Origin: Minisyncoccota bacterium
Lineage (GTDB): Bacteria; Patescibacteriota; Minisyncoccia; UBA6257; JAGOQP01
Reading direction: 5' to 3'
NCBI GenBank assembly: GCA_041661795.1
Contig: JBAZTS010000001.1
Coordinates: forward strand, 39,459-103,458
Length of the DNA stretch: 64,000 bases
A program made the translations under genes and the position numbers. The notes under the pieces are model-generated. The model saw only the letters and a program-made list of their open reading frames with translations. It had not been told where the DNA came from and made no database searches. Each line of letters begins with the position of its first letter. Position 1 is the stretch's first letter. Positions 37,837-47,263 of this stretch are shown piece after piece.

Positions 37837-38106
37837 GTGCAAAGAATGGCTAAGAAATTATATGTAGGAAATCTTTCCTACGAAACGACTGATGAAAAAT
37901 TGAAAGAAATTTTTTCTGAAGTTGGAGCCGTTGATTCCGCTTCTGTCCTTGTGGACAGAATGACCGGAAGATCAAGAGGATTTGGATTCGTCGAAATGTC
38001 TTCAGATGACGAAGCTCAAACCGCTATTGACACACTCAACGGAAAAGATGTTGACGGAAGAAAATTGACCGTTAACGAAGCTAGACCTCAGGAACCAAGA
38101 AGATAA
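37837..38106 (+). CDS. RRM-type RNA-binding protein (second copy; probable true start at 37846, MAKKLYVGNL)
   Basis: RNP2 LYVGNL, RNP1 RGFGFVEM; 190-nt structured leader with CACAACCTAA-ACAACTG-TTAGGTGTG hairpin. Confidence 0.85.
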   Translation: MQRMAKKLYVGNLSYETTDEKLKEIFSEVGAVDSASVLVDRMTGRSRGFGFVEMSSDDEAQTAIDTLNGKDVDGRKLTVNEARPQEPRR

Positions 38107-38173
38107 GAGGTTTGGAAATCAAAAAGAGCTCGAAAGGGCTTTTTTTGATTTGTTTTTATTTTGAATATATAAT

Positions 38174-38668
38174 ATGACCATGGATACACAATATAAAAGA
38201 CCCTCTTGGGATGAGTACTTTATGGAAATAGCCCAAGTTGTAGGCAAAAGATCAACTTGCGACAGAGGTAAAAGAGGTTGCGTTATTACTCGCGACAAAC
38301 AAATTTTAGTAACCGGATATGCTGGATCACCCAAAGGATTACCGCACTGTGATGATATGGGGCATCTTTTTAATGAAACAACACACGAAGACGGATCTAA
38401 AACACAACATTGCGTCAGGACAACTCATGCCGAACAAAATGCCATAGCTCAAGCAGCAAAATTGGGAATAGCCATTAATGAGGGAACTTTGTATTGTACC
38501 GTAACTCCTTGTTTTATTTGTGCAAAGTTGCTTATAAACTCTGGAATAAAAAGAATCGTTTGTGCTAAAAAATACCAAGCGGCTATAGAGTCAGAAAATA
38601 TGTTTAGACAAGTAGGAATAGAACTCAGTTATTTTGATGAATCAGTTGAACAATACGAAAAACAATAA
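38174..38668 (+). CDS. deoxycytidylate (dCMP) deaminase
   Basis: CDA fold motifs HAEQNA and PCxxC (VTPCFICAKLL). Confidence 0.85.
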   Translation: MTMDTQYKRPSWDEYFMEIAQVVGKRSTCDRGKRGCVITRDKQILVTGYAGSPKGLPHCDDMGHLFNETTHEDGSKTQHCVRTTHAEQNAIAQAAKLGIAINEGTLYCTVTPCFICAKLLINSGIKRIVCAKKYQAAIESENMFRQVGIELSYFDESVEQYEKQ

Positions 38669-38681
38669 AACTGAAATAATA

Positions 38682-39215
38682 TCACAAAGGATCTTTTATT
38701 TTTTCGGGAGAATTTCTTGATTTTTCTATTTTTTTTGCCAACATAGAAGTTATTTGCTCAATATCTTTGTCGGGCAAAAGAACAATAAATTCGTGTGATA
38801 TTCTATTAAGACAATTTAATATTTGTTCCGAATCGCTACCCAATGTATATGTCTCATCCACATGAAGATGAAGAGAGCTGATTCTTAGTATTTTTTCCAA
38901 TCTATTTTTAGTAACATAAACCGAATCTACTTTGTGGTAAGGAACGGCATCGCTTTTGGTTGATGTAGTTCCGCATTCAATAACAAATTCGGAATCTAAA
39001 AATTCATACCCGGAAAACTTTGACCTTAAAAGAGCGACAAAAAGTCCGGATACAAAAACAGCCAGCCACAAAAGAATAAATATGTAACTGGCTTTAACTA
39101 TAAAAAGAAAGATAATCCCTACGATAAAGACAAAAGCGAGTCGAATTAGAACATCCAAAAAGTAGAAGCATTTGGCCTTATAACACAATCTATGGATGTG
39201 TTGGAATAGAACCAT
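38682..39215 (-). CDS. membrane protein with two N-terminal TM helices and PH-like domain (YdbS/YdbT-like)
   Basis: 177 aa, two adjacent hydrophobic helices then soluble beta-rich domain. Confidence 0.4.
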   Translation of the reverse strand: MVLFQHIHRLCYKAKCFYFLDVLIRLAFVFIVGIIFLFIVKASYIFILLWLAVFVSGLFVALLRSKFSGYEFLDSEFVIECGTTSTKSDAVPYHKVDSVYVTKNRLEKILRISSLHLHVDETYTLGSDSEQILNCLNRISHEFIVLLPDKDIEQITSMLAKKIEKSRNSPEKIKDPL

Positions 39216-39501
39216 AATAATAAGGAGTGTAGTAATATTCTTTTACAGAACTAAAATCATTATACCAGTAGTTCCTAAAAGAACAATCATTGGACTCAAA
39301 AGCCCCCGGATAATTTGATTGGTTCTGAGAGCAAATATCAACCCCGTTTTGACCAACTACTGTATCAAAACCTAATGTATAATTGGGATTATAGATTGAG
39401 GCGTATTGATATCCACCTCCAAAATTACCACCAAAAACAATGGCCAAAAAAGCAACTAACGCAATTAAGGCGAATATTCCAAATTTATGTCTGTTTTGCA
39501 T
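39190..39501 (-). CDS. small secreted Tyr/Asn-rich protein
   Basis: 103 aa, signal peptide, YxxYYY-rich. Confidence 0.4.
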   Translation of the reverse strand: MQNRHKFGIFALIALVAFLAIVFGGNFGGGYQYASIYNPNYTLGFDTVVGQNGVDICSQNQSNYPGAFESNDCSFRNYWYNDFSSVKEYYYTPYYYGSIPTHP

Positions 39502-39568
39502 AGTGATATTATTCTAAATACTGCCTTTATATAATATCACAAATGGAATGGATATGCAATACCACTTG

Positions 39569-39964
39569 TTATTTCTTTTTAGAAAGGATTTTTTTGATAT
39601 CTACTACGTCTTTATGAATTTCTTCAATGTTTGACATAATCTTTTTCAAACGAAGATCTTCCTCTCTTATTTCTTTCTCAGTTTTTTCGTCCGTTTTCTT
39701 TTCTTCTTTTAATCCGGAGATTAAAAGCTGTTCTCCAATAAAGAAAGAAACCAACGTTCCAGTAAGAAGCATAATAACCACACTAACAACAATAGCAATC
39801 CAAGGAGTTATAAAACTAGACGAGCTTACCAACCCCTCCACTCCGCTCCAAAACAAAACTATTCCAAAACCGCCTATTAAAGCATAAAAAATAGGATGCT
39901 TACTTAAGTTGTGTCTTATTTTATCTTCTAACTTATCAAAAAATCTTACAATGAATTTAAACAT
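39569..39964 (-). CDS. small membrane protein with charged coiled-coil tail
   Basis: 131 aa, two TM helices then KEEKKTDEKTEKEIREEDLRLKK. Confidence 0.4.
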   Translation of the reverse strand: MFKFIVRFFDKLEDKIRHNLSKHPIFYALIGGFGIVLFWSGVEGLVSSSSFITPWIAIVVSVVIMLLTGTLVSFFIGEQLLISGLKEEKKTDEKTEKEIREEDLRLKKIMSNIEEIHKDVVDIKKILSKKK

Positions 39965-39981
39965 AAAATACTATTATTTTG

Positions 39982-40054
39982 TCCGCCCACCAGGATTCGA
40001 ACCTGGGACCCTCTCCTTAAAAGGGAGTTGCTCTACCAACTGAGCTATGGGCGG
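39982..40054 (-). tRNA. tRNA-Lys (anticodon TTT), CCA not encoded
   Basis: Minus strand CCGCCCA-TA-GCTC-AGTTGGT-AGAGC...CTCC-CTTTTAA-GGAG...CCAGG-TTCGAAT-CCTGG-TGGGCGG-A. Confidence 0.85.
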
Positions 40055-40076
40055 ATATTTAGAAATATACCACCCT

Positions 40077-41207
40077 TTACTCTTCCTTTTCAAGTTCTTT
40101 GGCCAGTTCCTTGGCTATCTTTTGGGCCTGGTGGTTTATTTTTCTAGGCGTCTTAAGAGAGATTTTGACTATTAGATCCCCTCTTTTGGATAACCCAAAA
40201 GAACCGCCTGATTTTTTATACATACCCTCTCCTTTGGCTATGATTTCTCCACCGATAACAAAGCTCTGAGGAATTTCTATTTTAGTCTTTTCTCCGCTTA
40301 TAGTTTCTATCTCTATTTTATTCTCCAATAAAATATCGGATACAGAAACAGTTTTTTTAATAATTAAATTATCACCATCCAATTCAAAATTTTTATCAGG
40401 CAATATGTTTATTTTAATATAAAGATTACCACCTCCAACACCTCTTAATCCGGCCTCCCCTTCTCCATCAATTTTTATCATCTGCCCATTATATATTCCC
40501 GGCTTTATTTCAACGATAATCTTTTTCTGAGACATAATTCTTCCGGCTCCGGAGCATTCACTGCAAACTTTATTTGGTGCCTCACCAGTTCCAAAACATT
40601 CCTGACATTCCCTAACCTGAACAAAATTCCCAAAAAAAGACCTGCGCTCTTCTTTTATTTTTCCAGAACCATTGCAATTTTGACAAGTTTTTGTTCCGGC
40701 TGACTTATCATATCCGGCGCCAAAGCATTTTTTACAAGAAACAAATGTCTTAAAAGATATTTCTTTTTTCATTCCAAAAAACGCCTCTTTTAGAGATATG
40801 TCTAATATTGCCTGGATATCATTTCCCTTTGTTTTAGCTCCTGATTTTCTGTCTCCACCAAAAAAACTTCCAAATATATCCCCGATATCTCCGAAATCAT
40901 CGAGGTCATTAAAAGAAAAATTATTAAAGTCAAAGCCACTACCGGAGGAAAAACCTCCAAAAGGACCCCCTGCTCCAAACGGATCGCCACCCATCCCCGA
41001 GTCAGAGAATCCTTTTCCAAATCTATCATATTGGCTTCTTTTCTTTTTATCTGAAAGAACCTGATAGGCCTCGTTTATCTCCTTAAACTTCTTTTCATCA
41101 CCCCCTTGTTTGTCAGGGTGATATTTATGAGCCAATTTCCTGAAGGCCTTTTTTATTTCATCTTCAGATGAGTTTTTGGTAATTCCTAAAATTTCGTAGT
41201 AATCCAT
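40077..41207 (-). CDS. dnaJ: chaperone DnaJ (Hsp40)
   Basis: J-domain MDYYEILGI...HPD, G/F region, four CxxCxGxG zinc-finger repeats; the ORF-track start (41249) extends into the upstream repeat, true start likely Met at 41207. Confidence 0.9.
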   Translation of the reverse strand: MDYYEILGITKNSSEDEIKKAFRKLAHKYHPDKQGGDEKKFKEINEAYQVLSDKKKRSQYDRFGKGFSDSGMGGDPFGAGGPFGGFSSGSGFDFNNFSFNDLDDFGDIGDIFGSFFGGDRKSGAKTKGNDIQAILDISLKEAFFGMKKEISFKTFVSCKKCFGAGYDKSAGTKTCQNCNGSGKIKEERRSFFGNFVQVRECQECFGTGEAPNKVCSECSGAGRIMSQKKIIVEIKPGIYNGQMIKIDGEGEAGLRGVGGGNLYIKINILPDKNFELDGDNLIIKKTVSVSDILLENKIEIETISGEKTKIEIPQSFVIGGEIIAKGEGMYKKSGGSFGLSKRGDLIVKISLKTPRKINHQAQKIAKELAKELEKEE

Positions 41208-41283
41208 AAAATTAGTAGCTAGTATTTGGTAGCTCGTATTCAGTATCATACAAGATACACGCTACAAACTACAAGATACAAAA

Positions 41284-42345
41284 TTACGGCAGAGATATTG
41301 TTTCTTTGCTTCTGTTTTCAAAAACTACCGCTCCAAAACCGATAGCTAAAAGTACTTGATAAATTACAAGACCAAAAAACGAAGCGACTATTCTAATTAA
41401 AGGGGAAACCGCTTGGACAGCTAAGAAAAGAAGAACCGCCAACACCGTTAAAACTGAGGATTTAGACGACCCACCCAAAGAATTAAATTTATTAATTATT
41501 CCCTGATAAATAGCTAAAGAAAGTTTGATATTGGGGTCTAAATTAATTCCCAACATGGAAGAAAATTGTTTTTGATAAGCGTCGGTGCTTTTTTTTATTA
41601 AATCATTTTTTATGGCAGGAGGAATACTCTGGTCAACAAGTTTAGCGGTAATTTCGTTTAAAGATAGAGAAAAATCAACGTCTCCTAAGAACTTACCTAT
41701 AATCCCAGATATTCCCCTAAAACTTGATTCAAAAACGTTTTGAGGAAGAAAAGGATTATTATTATCCAAAGGACGCGTAAGAAAACTGTTATAAACCAAA
41801 AAAGAGGAAAAAATAGCTATTCCGATTATGACTCTGGACATTATTGGTTTTACTATTCTAAAAAATTTTATTTTTAAACATCCGTCTATTTCATTTCTTC
41901 CCATAATGACCGAAACCATTAAAAACCCAGCCAGAATTAATCCGGCTATTGCTATTCTCTGATTTAGATCCGGTAAGAAAACAACAAAAATAAAAACAGC
42001 GGAAAGAAAAGCTATGAGCGTCATAAAACTATTTCTTGACACAAACAGCGAAGTAACGGAAAAAAAAGATAAAAAAATTAGTAGAAAAATAAGAAGGAAA
42101 AAACTGTCACCTGTCATATTATTTGACAGTCCAAAGAGAACTTTTTTAAGAAAAAAACCAAAAGCAAGAGCCGAAACGCAGGTAAACAATCCCAATAAAG
42201 ATGCTTTCCAATAGGAAAATCTACCCTCATAAACACTAAAAGATTCTTCCTTGGGAGGAGATGAGTTTTCAATCATAAGAATAGGGGTTAGGGTAAAGAG
42301 GTTAGGGTATATAAAATAGAAATTAGGAATCAGAATTTTTATCAC
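41284..42345 (-). CDS. polytopic membrane protein of unknown function inserted between dnaK and dnaJ
   Basis: 353 aa, at least 8 TM helices, overlaps the dnaK stop by 23 nt. Confidence 0.45.
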   Translation of the reverse strand: MIKILIPNFYFIYPNLFTLTPILMIENSSPPKEESFSVYEGRFSYWKASLLGLFTCVSALAFGFFLKKVLFGLSNNMTGDSFFLLIFLLIFLSFFSVTSLFVSRNSFMTLIAFLSAVFIFVVFLPDLNQRIAIAGLILAGFLMVSVIMGRNEIDGCLKIKFFRIVKPIMSRVIIGIAIFSSFLVYNSFLTRPLDNNNPFLPQNVFESSFRGISGIIGKFLGDVDFSLSLNEITAKLVDQSIPPAIKNDLIKKSTDAYQKQFSSMLGINLDPNIKLSLAIYQGIINKFNSLGGSSKSSVLTVLAVLLFLAVQAVSPLIRIVASFFGLVIYQVLLAIGFGAVVFENRSKETISLP

Positions 42346-44182
42346 CTTCTCCCGTTCCCTTATCCTGATTATACATCGTTTGCCCTATTTTTTGAAGCTC
42401 CGAAGAAAGCTCCGAAGAAGAAGATTTTATTTCTTCAACATTTTCTCCTTTGAGAGTTTCTTTAAGTTTTTCTATCTTTCCAGATATGGAATCTTTTATT
42501 TCCTGAGATATCTTTTCTTTCCATTCTCCCAAATTTTTCTCGGCTAAATAAACAAGTTGCTCCCCTTGGTTTTTTGATTCTATCAACTCTTTTTTCTTTT
42601 TGTCTTCTTCCGCATGAATAGCCGCTTCATTTTTTAACTTTTCAACTTCATCTTTAGAAAGCTGGGTAGAGGCCTCAATTCTTACGGTCTGAACTTTTCC
42701 AGAGGCCTTGTCTTTGGCAGAAACGTTTAAAATTCCATCGGCATTAATATCCAAAGAAACTTCAATCTGAGGAACACCTCTTGAAGACGGTGGAATGCCG
42801 TCTAAAATAAATCTTCCTAAAGTTTTATTGTCAGTGGCCATGGGTCTTTCTCCTTGTAAGATGTGGATTTCAACCGAGGTCTGATTGTCAGCGGCGGTGG
42901 AAAATATTTGGGATTTAGACGTGGGGATGGTTGTATTTTTTTCTATAATCGGAGTAAAGACGCCACCCAATGTTTCTATACCCAAAGACAAAGGAATGAC
43001 ATCCAAAAGTAAAACATCTTTTACATCTCCCTGAAATATTCCAGCTTGAACTGCCGCTCCAATAGCAACCACCTCATCAGGGTTTATCCCTTGGTGAGGA
43101 TCTTTGCCAAAAAGTTTTTTAACTTCCTGTTGGATAAGAGGCATTCTGGTCTGACCCCCAACTAAAATCACCTCGTTGATATCGGAAATTGAGATTTTGG
43201 AATCCTTAATAACCTGTTTAACCAAATTAATTGATTTTGTAACCAGATCTCCTATTAAATCTTCCAATTTAGCCCTGGTCATTTTCATAAGAAAATGTTT
43301 TGGACCGTTGGCATCAGAACTTACATAGGGAATATTAATTTCAGTTTCCATAACGGTAGAAAGCTCATGTTTAGCTTTTTCAGCCGCTTCTTTTAATCTC
43401 TGGGTCGCTAAAGGATCTTTAGATAAATCAACTCCTTCGGATTTTTTATATTCACTGACTAAATAATCCATCACAATTTTATCTATGTCATCTCCTCCCA
43501 AGTGAGTATCTCCTCCCGTTGCTTTTACTTCAACCGTCTGTTCTTTTGTTTCCGAATCATATCCAATTTCAAGCACCGAGATATCAAAAGTTCCTCCTCC
43601 AAAATCGTACACCGCAATTTTCTCGTTTTTCATCTTATTTGCCCCGTATGCAAATGCCGCTGCGGTAGGTTCGTTGATAATTCTGCGAACCTTTAAACCG
43701 GCGATTTCTCCGGCATTTTTTGTCGCCTGTCTTTGAGCGTCATCAAAATACGCGGGAACGGTAATAACCGCCTCTTCTATTTTCTCTCCGGTTTTGGCTT
43801 CGGCATCGGCTTTGAGCTTGGCTAAAATCATAGCCGAGATTTCCTCCGGTTTATACCATTTATCAGCCATATTTATTTCCACTCCTCCGGAAGAAGATTC
43901 TTTCATGTCAAAAGGAAGCCACTTAGCATCATGCTGGACCTCACTGTCGGAAAATTTTCTCCCAATCAAACGTTTAACAGAAAAAATAGTGTTTTTGGGA
44001 TTTACCACCGACTGGCGTTTAGCCAAAAGTCCCACTAATCTTTCTTGCGCTTTGTTAATAGCCACAACCGATGGAGTAGTTCTATTGCCGTCGGTGTTTT
44101 CTAAAACCTTAGGTTCTCCTCCCTCAACAATCGCCATTGCTGAATTAGTTGTACCCAAATCAATACCTAGTATTTTTGACAT
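42323..44182 (-). CDS. dnaK: chaperone DnaK (Hsp70)
   Basis: [26 protein letters not shown] signatures; 619 aa. Confidence 0.95.
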   Translation of the reverse strand: MSKILGIDLGTTNSAMAIVEGGEPKVLENTDGNRTTPSVVAINKAQERLVGLLAKRQSVVNPKNTIFSVKRLIGRKFSDSEVQHDAKWLPFDMKESSSGGVEINMADKWYKPEEISAMILAKLKADAEAKTGEKIEEAVITVPAYFDDAQRQATKNAGEIAGLKVRRIINEPTAAAFAYGANKMKNEKIAVYDFGGGTFDISVLEIGYDSETKEQTVEVKATGGDTHLGGDDIDKIVMDYLVSEYKKSEGVDLSKDPLATQRLKEAAEKAKHELSTVMETEINIPYVSSDANGPKHFLMKMTRAKLEDLIGDLVTKSINLVKQVIKDSKISISDINEVILVGGQTRMPLIQQEVKKLFGKDPHQGINPDEVVAIGAAVQAGIFQGDVKDVLLLDVIPLSLGIETLGGVFTPIIEKNTTIPTSKSQIFSTAADNQTSVEIHILQGERPMATDNKTLGRFILDGIPPSSRGVPQIEVSLDINADGILNVSAKDKASGKVQTVRIEASTQLSKDEVEKLKNEAAIHAEEDKKKKELIESKNQGEQLVYLAEKNLGEWKEKISQEIKDSISGKIEKLKETLKGENVEEIKSSSSELSSELQKIGQTMYNQDKGTGEGDKNSDS

Positions 44183-44210
44183 AATGATTAAAAATATTAA
44201 TTTATAAAAA

Positions 44211-44789
44211 TTATTTTGCTACTTTTACTCGAGACGGTCTTACTAATCTTCCATTGAGAGTATATCCCTTTTCTATTTCTTCAATAATGGTTCCGGAAGG
44301 TTTATCCGACTCTATGGAAATAACAGCTTCTTGCAGAGCGGGATCAAAATTTTGTCCGGTTGAAACGACAACTCTTTCCAATCCGTATCTTTTTAAAACA
44401 TCCTCCAGTTGGGCCCTGATAAGAAAAACTCCTTTTTCCACCCCAGTAGTAGAACTTTGTTCACTACCGGGCTTCGCTTCGCTTGCTTTGTTCATATCCG
44501 TATCAATCCGCGCTTCAGAATCTGTGTTAATCCGCGTTTGGCGTTCCAACGCCAAAATGGCTAAATCAAAACTATCAAGAACCAAAACGGCATCTCTAAT
44601 TATTTGTTCATTGGCAAACTTTAGAACCGCTTCAAATCTTTTAGATTCATCTTTCTTATAATTAGCCAAATCCGCCTTGGCCCTCTTCCAGCCATCCAGA
44701 TATTCCTCGGCCTGTTTTGCAATATCCTGACCTTGAGTTGGCTGGTCTTGTTGATTTGAGTTATTTTTGTCTTGTTCGTCTTGTGGCAT
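44211..44789 (-). CDS. grpE: nucleotide exchange factor GrpE
   Basis: Coiled-coil N-terminus and C-terminal beta-domain ending in [18 protein letters not shown]; 28-nt gap to dnaK. Confidence 0.85.
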   Translation of the reverse strand: MPQDEQDKNNSNQQDQPTQGQDIAKQAEEYLDGWKRAKADLANYKKDESKRFEAVLKFANEQIIRDAVLVLDSFDLAILALERQTRINTDSEARIDTDMNKASEAKPGSEQSSTTGVEKGVFLIRAQLEDVLKRYGLERVVVSTGQNFDPALQEAVISIESDKPSGTIIEEIEKGYTLNGRLVRPSRVKVAK

Positions 44790-44798
44790 ACCAGTAGA

Positions 44799-44826
44799 AT
44801 TTTAGTGATTTTGAGGCCATTGTCAA
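44799..44826 (-). promoter_or_regulatory. sigma70-type promoter for grpE-dnaK (TTGACA-16-TAAAAT), bracketed by inverted repeat TTAGTGATTT/AAATCACTCT
   Basis: Minus strand: TTGACA ATGGCCTCAAAATCAC TAAAAT tctactggt ATG; the inverted repeat (44803-44812 / 44842-44851) is a possible HrcA-like operator but not canonical CIRCE. Confidence 0.45.
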
Positions 44827-44836
44827 CAGGCGCTTT

Positions 44837-44865
44837 TTGTTAAATCACTCTTATCCATGTATAAT
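44837..44865 (+). promoter_or_regulatory. divergent promoter for the CorA-like gene (TTGTTA-17-TATAAT with TG extension)
   Basis: TTGTTA aatcactcttatccaTG TATAAT. Confidence 0.45.
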
Positions 44866-44900
44866 TAGGTAATTAATATTTAACCATAAAAATCATAAAT

Positions 44901-45812
44901 ATGATTATAAAAAAAGGGAAAGTTCAATGGATCAACCTGGTAAAACCGACAGAAAAGGAATTAATATCCTTAAAAAAAGAGTATGGTTTTCACCCTATTA
45001 TAGTAGATGAGTTAAGAACCACTTCAGCCAGATCCAGAGTAGAGATATACGATGATTATATGTACATCATCTACCATATGCCGATATTTGACTTACAGGA
45101 AAAGGTTTCTCGTAAAGCAGAGATAGATTTTCTTATCACTAAAAAATCAGTTATTTCGGTAACTTATGAAGATTTGGAACCAATAGAGTTAATTTCCAAA
45201 AAAATAGAAACCGACAACAACTACAAAGAAAGAATTTTAAACGGAGATACCGCTCGTTTGCTTTATTATCTTTTAGAGGCCTGCTTAATCAACGGACTAA
45301 GACAGCTAAGACACGTAGATGAAAAAATAGAGGATATTAGAAATAAAATATTTAATCATCAAGAAAAAGAACTTTTAGAAAAAATCTCATATGTGAAAAG
45401 AGATTTGTTGAGTTATTTTTTGATTACCAAATCCCAAATCAGTATATTCAATTCTTTAAACAAAGTCGGCCCTGATTTTTTTGGAGAAAAATCTACCGTG
45501 TATTTGTCCGACCTTGAGGGAGATTTCTTAAAAAACATTCAACTTTGTGAAAATTACAAAGAAACAATTGAGGCCTTTGAAAGCACCAACACCCAGCTCC
45601 TGACAATAAAAATGACCAAAGTTATGCAAAGATTTTCGGTCTTGGCATTCTTAACTTTCCCCATAATGGTCTTTTTGGCTCTCTTTACCATAGATTCCAA
45701 TTCTCGACCGATTATTGGACATATTCAGAACGACTTTTGGGTTATGGCGGGAATAGTAGTTCTGGCAATCGTCGTAATGGTGACTATATTCAGGAAAAAG
45801 GATTGGCTGTAA
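44901..45812 (+). CDS. CorA-like (MIT superfamily) divalent cation transporter with degenerate GMN motif
   Basis: Cytoplasmic alpha/beta N-domain plus two C-terminal TM helices; loop reads FTIDSN instead of YGMNF. Confidence 0.5.
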   Translation: MIIKKGKVQWINLVKPTEKELISLKKEYGFHPIIVDELRTTSARSRVEIYDDYMYIIYHMPIFDLQEKVSRKAEIDFLITKKSVISVTYEDLEPIELISKKIETDNNYKERILNGDTARLLYYLLEACLINGLRQLRHVDEKIEDIRNKIFNHQEKELLEKISYVKRDLLSYFLITKSQISIFNSLNKVGPDFFGEKSTVYLSDLEGDFLKNIQLCENYKETIEAFESTNTQLLTIKMTKVMQRFSVLAFLTFPIMVFLALFTIDSNSRPIIGHIQNDFWVMAGIVVLAIVVMVTIFRKKDWL

Positions 45813-45870
45813 AACAGTATACCGGGTACCGTATAACGTATACCGTATATTAAATGCAAGAATACTAATT

Positions 45871-47253
45871 ATGCGAATATTAGACACATTGACTGGTAAA
45901 AAGGTTGGAATAAAAAAAACGGCTAAACCGCTTAAGTTGTTTGTCTGTGGACCAACCGTTTATGATTATCCTCACATAGGAAACGCCAGAGTTTTTGTCT
46001 TTTTTGATATTTTTGTCAGATATTTAAAATCGTTAGGCTGGAAGATTTTCTATCTCCAAAACATAACCGATATAAACGACAAAATTATAGATAGAGCCAA
46101 AAGAGACGGAATGAGATGGTCCGAAGTTTCAATAAAATTTGAAAAGATATACCATAAAAACGAGGAGAGTTTAGGAATAAATTCGGTTACCAAATACGCC
46201 AGAGCCACCGATTATATACCTCAAATAATAAAACAGTTAAAAGCCCTAATAAACAAAGAGTACGCTTACAAAATAGAGAGAGATGGATATTATTTTGACG
46301 TTTCCAAATTCAAGGACTACGGAAAATTATCAAAGAGAAATTACTTGTCGGCCGAGGATGCCACTTCAAGGATTGATGAAAGTATAAAAAAAAGAAATAA
46401 AGGAGATTTTTGTTTGTGGAAATTTTCAAAAGCTGGCGAGCCCTCCTGGGACTCTGATTTCGGCAATGGAATGCCTGGCTGGCATATAGAAGATACAGCT
46501 ATAACCGAATATCATTTTGGACCTCAATATGATATTCATGGCGGAGCGGTTGATTTAAAGTTTCCTCATCATGAAGCGGAAATTGCCCAACAAGAAGCGG
46601 CCTCCGGCAAAAAACCATTGGTAAAAATCTGGATGCATCCCGGGTTCCTTTTGGTTGATGGTAAGAAAATGTCAAAAAGTTTGGGAAACTTTATAACCAT
46701 AGATGATTTTTTAAAGACACACAGCGCCGATGTTTTTAGATATATTGTTCTTTCTCATTACTACCGCTCCCCCATTGATTACAGTGACAAATTAGCCAAT
46801 CAATCAAAAAATTCACTACACAATTTACAAAACTTCATATTAAAACTTGGGATGTTAAAGACCAACGGAAACGTATCCAAAAAAATAAAAAATGCGATTC
46901 TGCTGTCATCTAAAAAATATGCCAAGGCCATAGATGATGATTTTAATACTCCACTGGCTTTATCAGAAATATTTACCCTAATAAAAAATACTGAGAAAAT
47001 TATATGGAAAATGAACGCCAAAGAAAGCCAGTTGGTTAGGGACTTTATATTGAAGAACCTTGGTATTTTGGGAATAAACATAGAAAAAAGCATCAGAATA
47101 CCTCAAAAAATAAAGGATTTGACCAAGGCAAGAGAGTTATTAAGAGGAAATGAACAGTTTGTCCAGTCAGACGTATTGCGTCAAAAGATAAATGAGTTAG
47201 GATACAATGTAGAAGATACTCCGCTTGGTCAACTAGTTACCAGAAAATCTTAA
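45871..47253 (+). CDS. cysS: cysteine--tRNA ligase
   Basis: HIGH (YPHIGNAR) and KMSKS (KMSKSLGN) motifs, Zn-binding Cys, DALR-like C-terminus. Confidence 0.9.
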   Translation: MRILDTLTGKKVGIKKTAKPLKLFVCGPTVYDYPHIGNARVFVFFDIFVRYLKSLGWKIFYLQNITDINDKIIDRAKRDGMRWSEVSIKFEKIYHKNEESLGINSVTKYARATDYIPQIIKQLKALINKEYAYKIERDGYYFDVSKFKDYGKLSKRNYLSAEDATSRIDESIKKRNKGDFCLWKFSKAGEPSWDSDFGNGMPGWHIEDTAITEYHFGPQYDIHGGAVDLKFPHHEAEIAQQEAASGKKPLVKIWMHPGFLLVDGKKMSKSLGNFITIDDFLKTHSADVFRYIVLSHYYRSPIDYSDKLANQSKNSLHNLQNFILKLGMLKTNGNVSKKIKNAILLSSKKYAKAIDDDFNTPLALSEIFTLIKNTEKIIWKMNAKESQLVRDFILKNLGILGINIEKSIRIPQKIKDLTKARELLRGNEQFVQSDVLRQKINELGYNVEDTPLGQLVTRKS

Positions 47254-47263
47254 ATTTTAAATT

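Noticed and set aside
40077-41249. ORF-track start of dnaJ at 41249 ([15 protein letters not shown]...)
   Set aside because: The first 14 codons translate the conserved TAGTA-rich intergenic repeat. The J-domain begins at the Met encoded at 41207.
44799-44860. Canonical CIRCE (TTAGCACTC-N9-GAGTGCTAA) upstream of grpE-dnaK
   Set aside because: Only a loosely related inverted repeat with a roughly 30-nt spacer is present. It is reported as a candidate operator, not as CIRCE.
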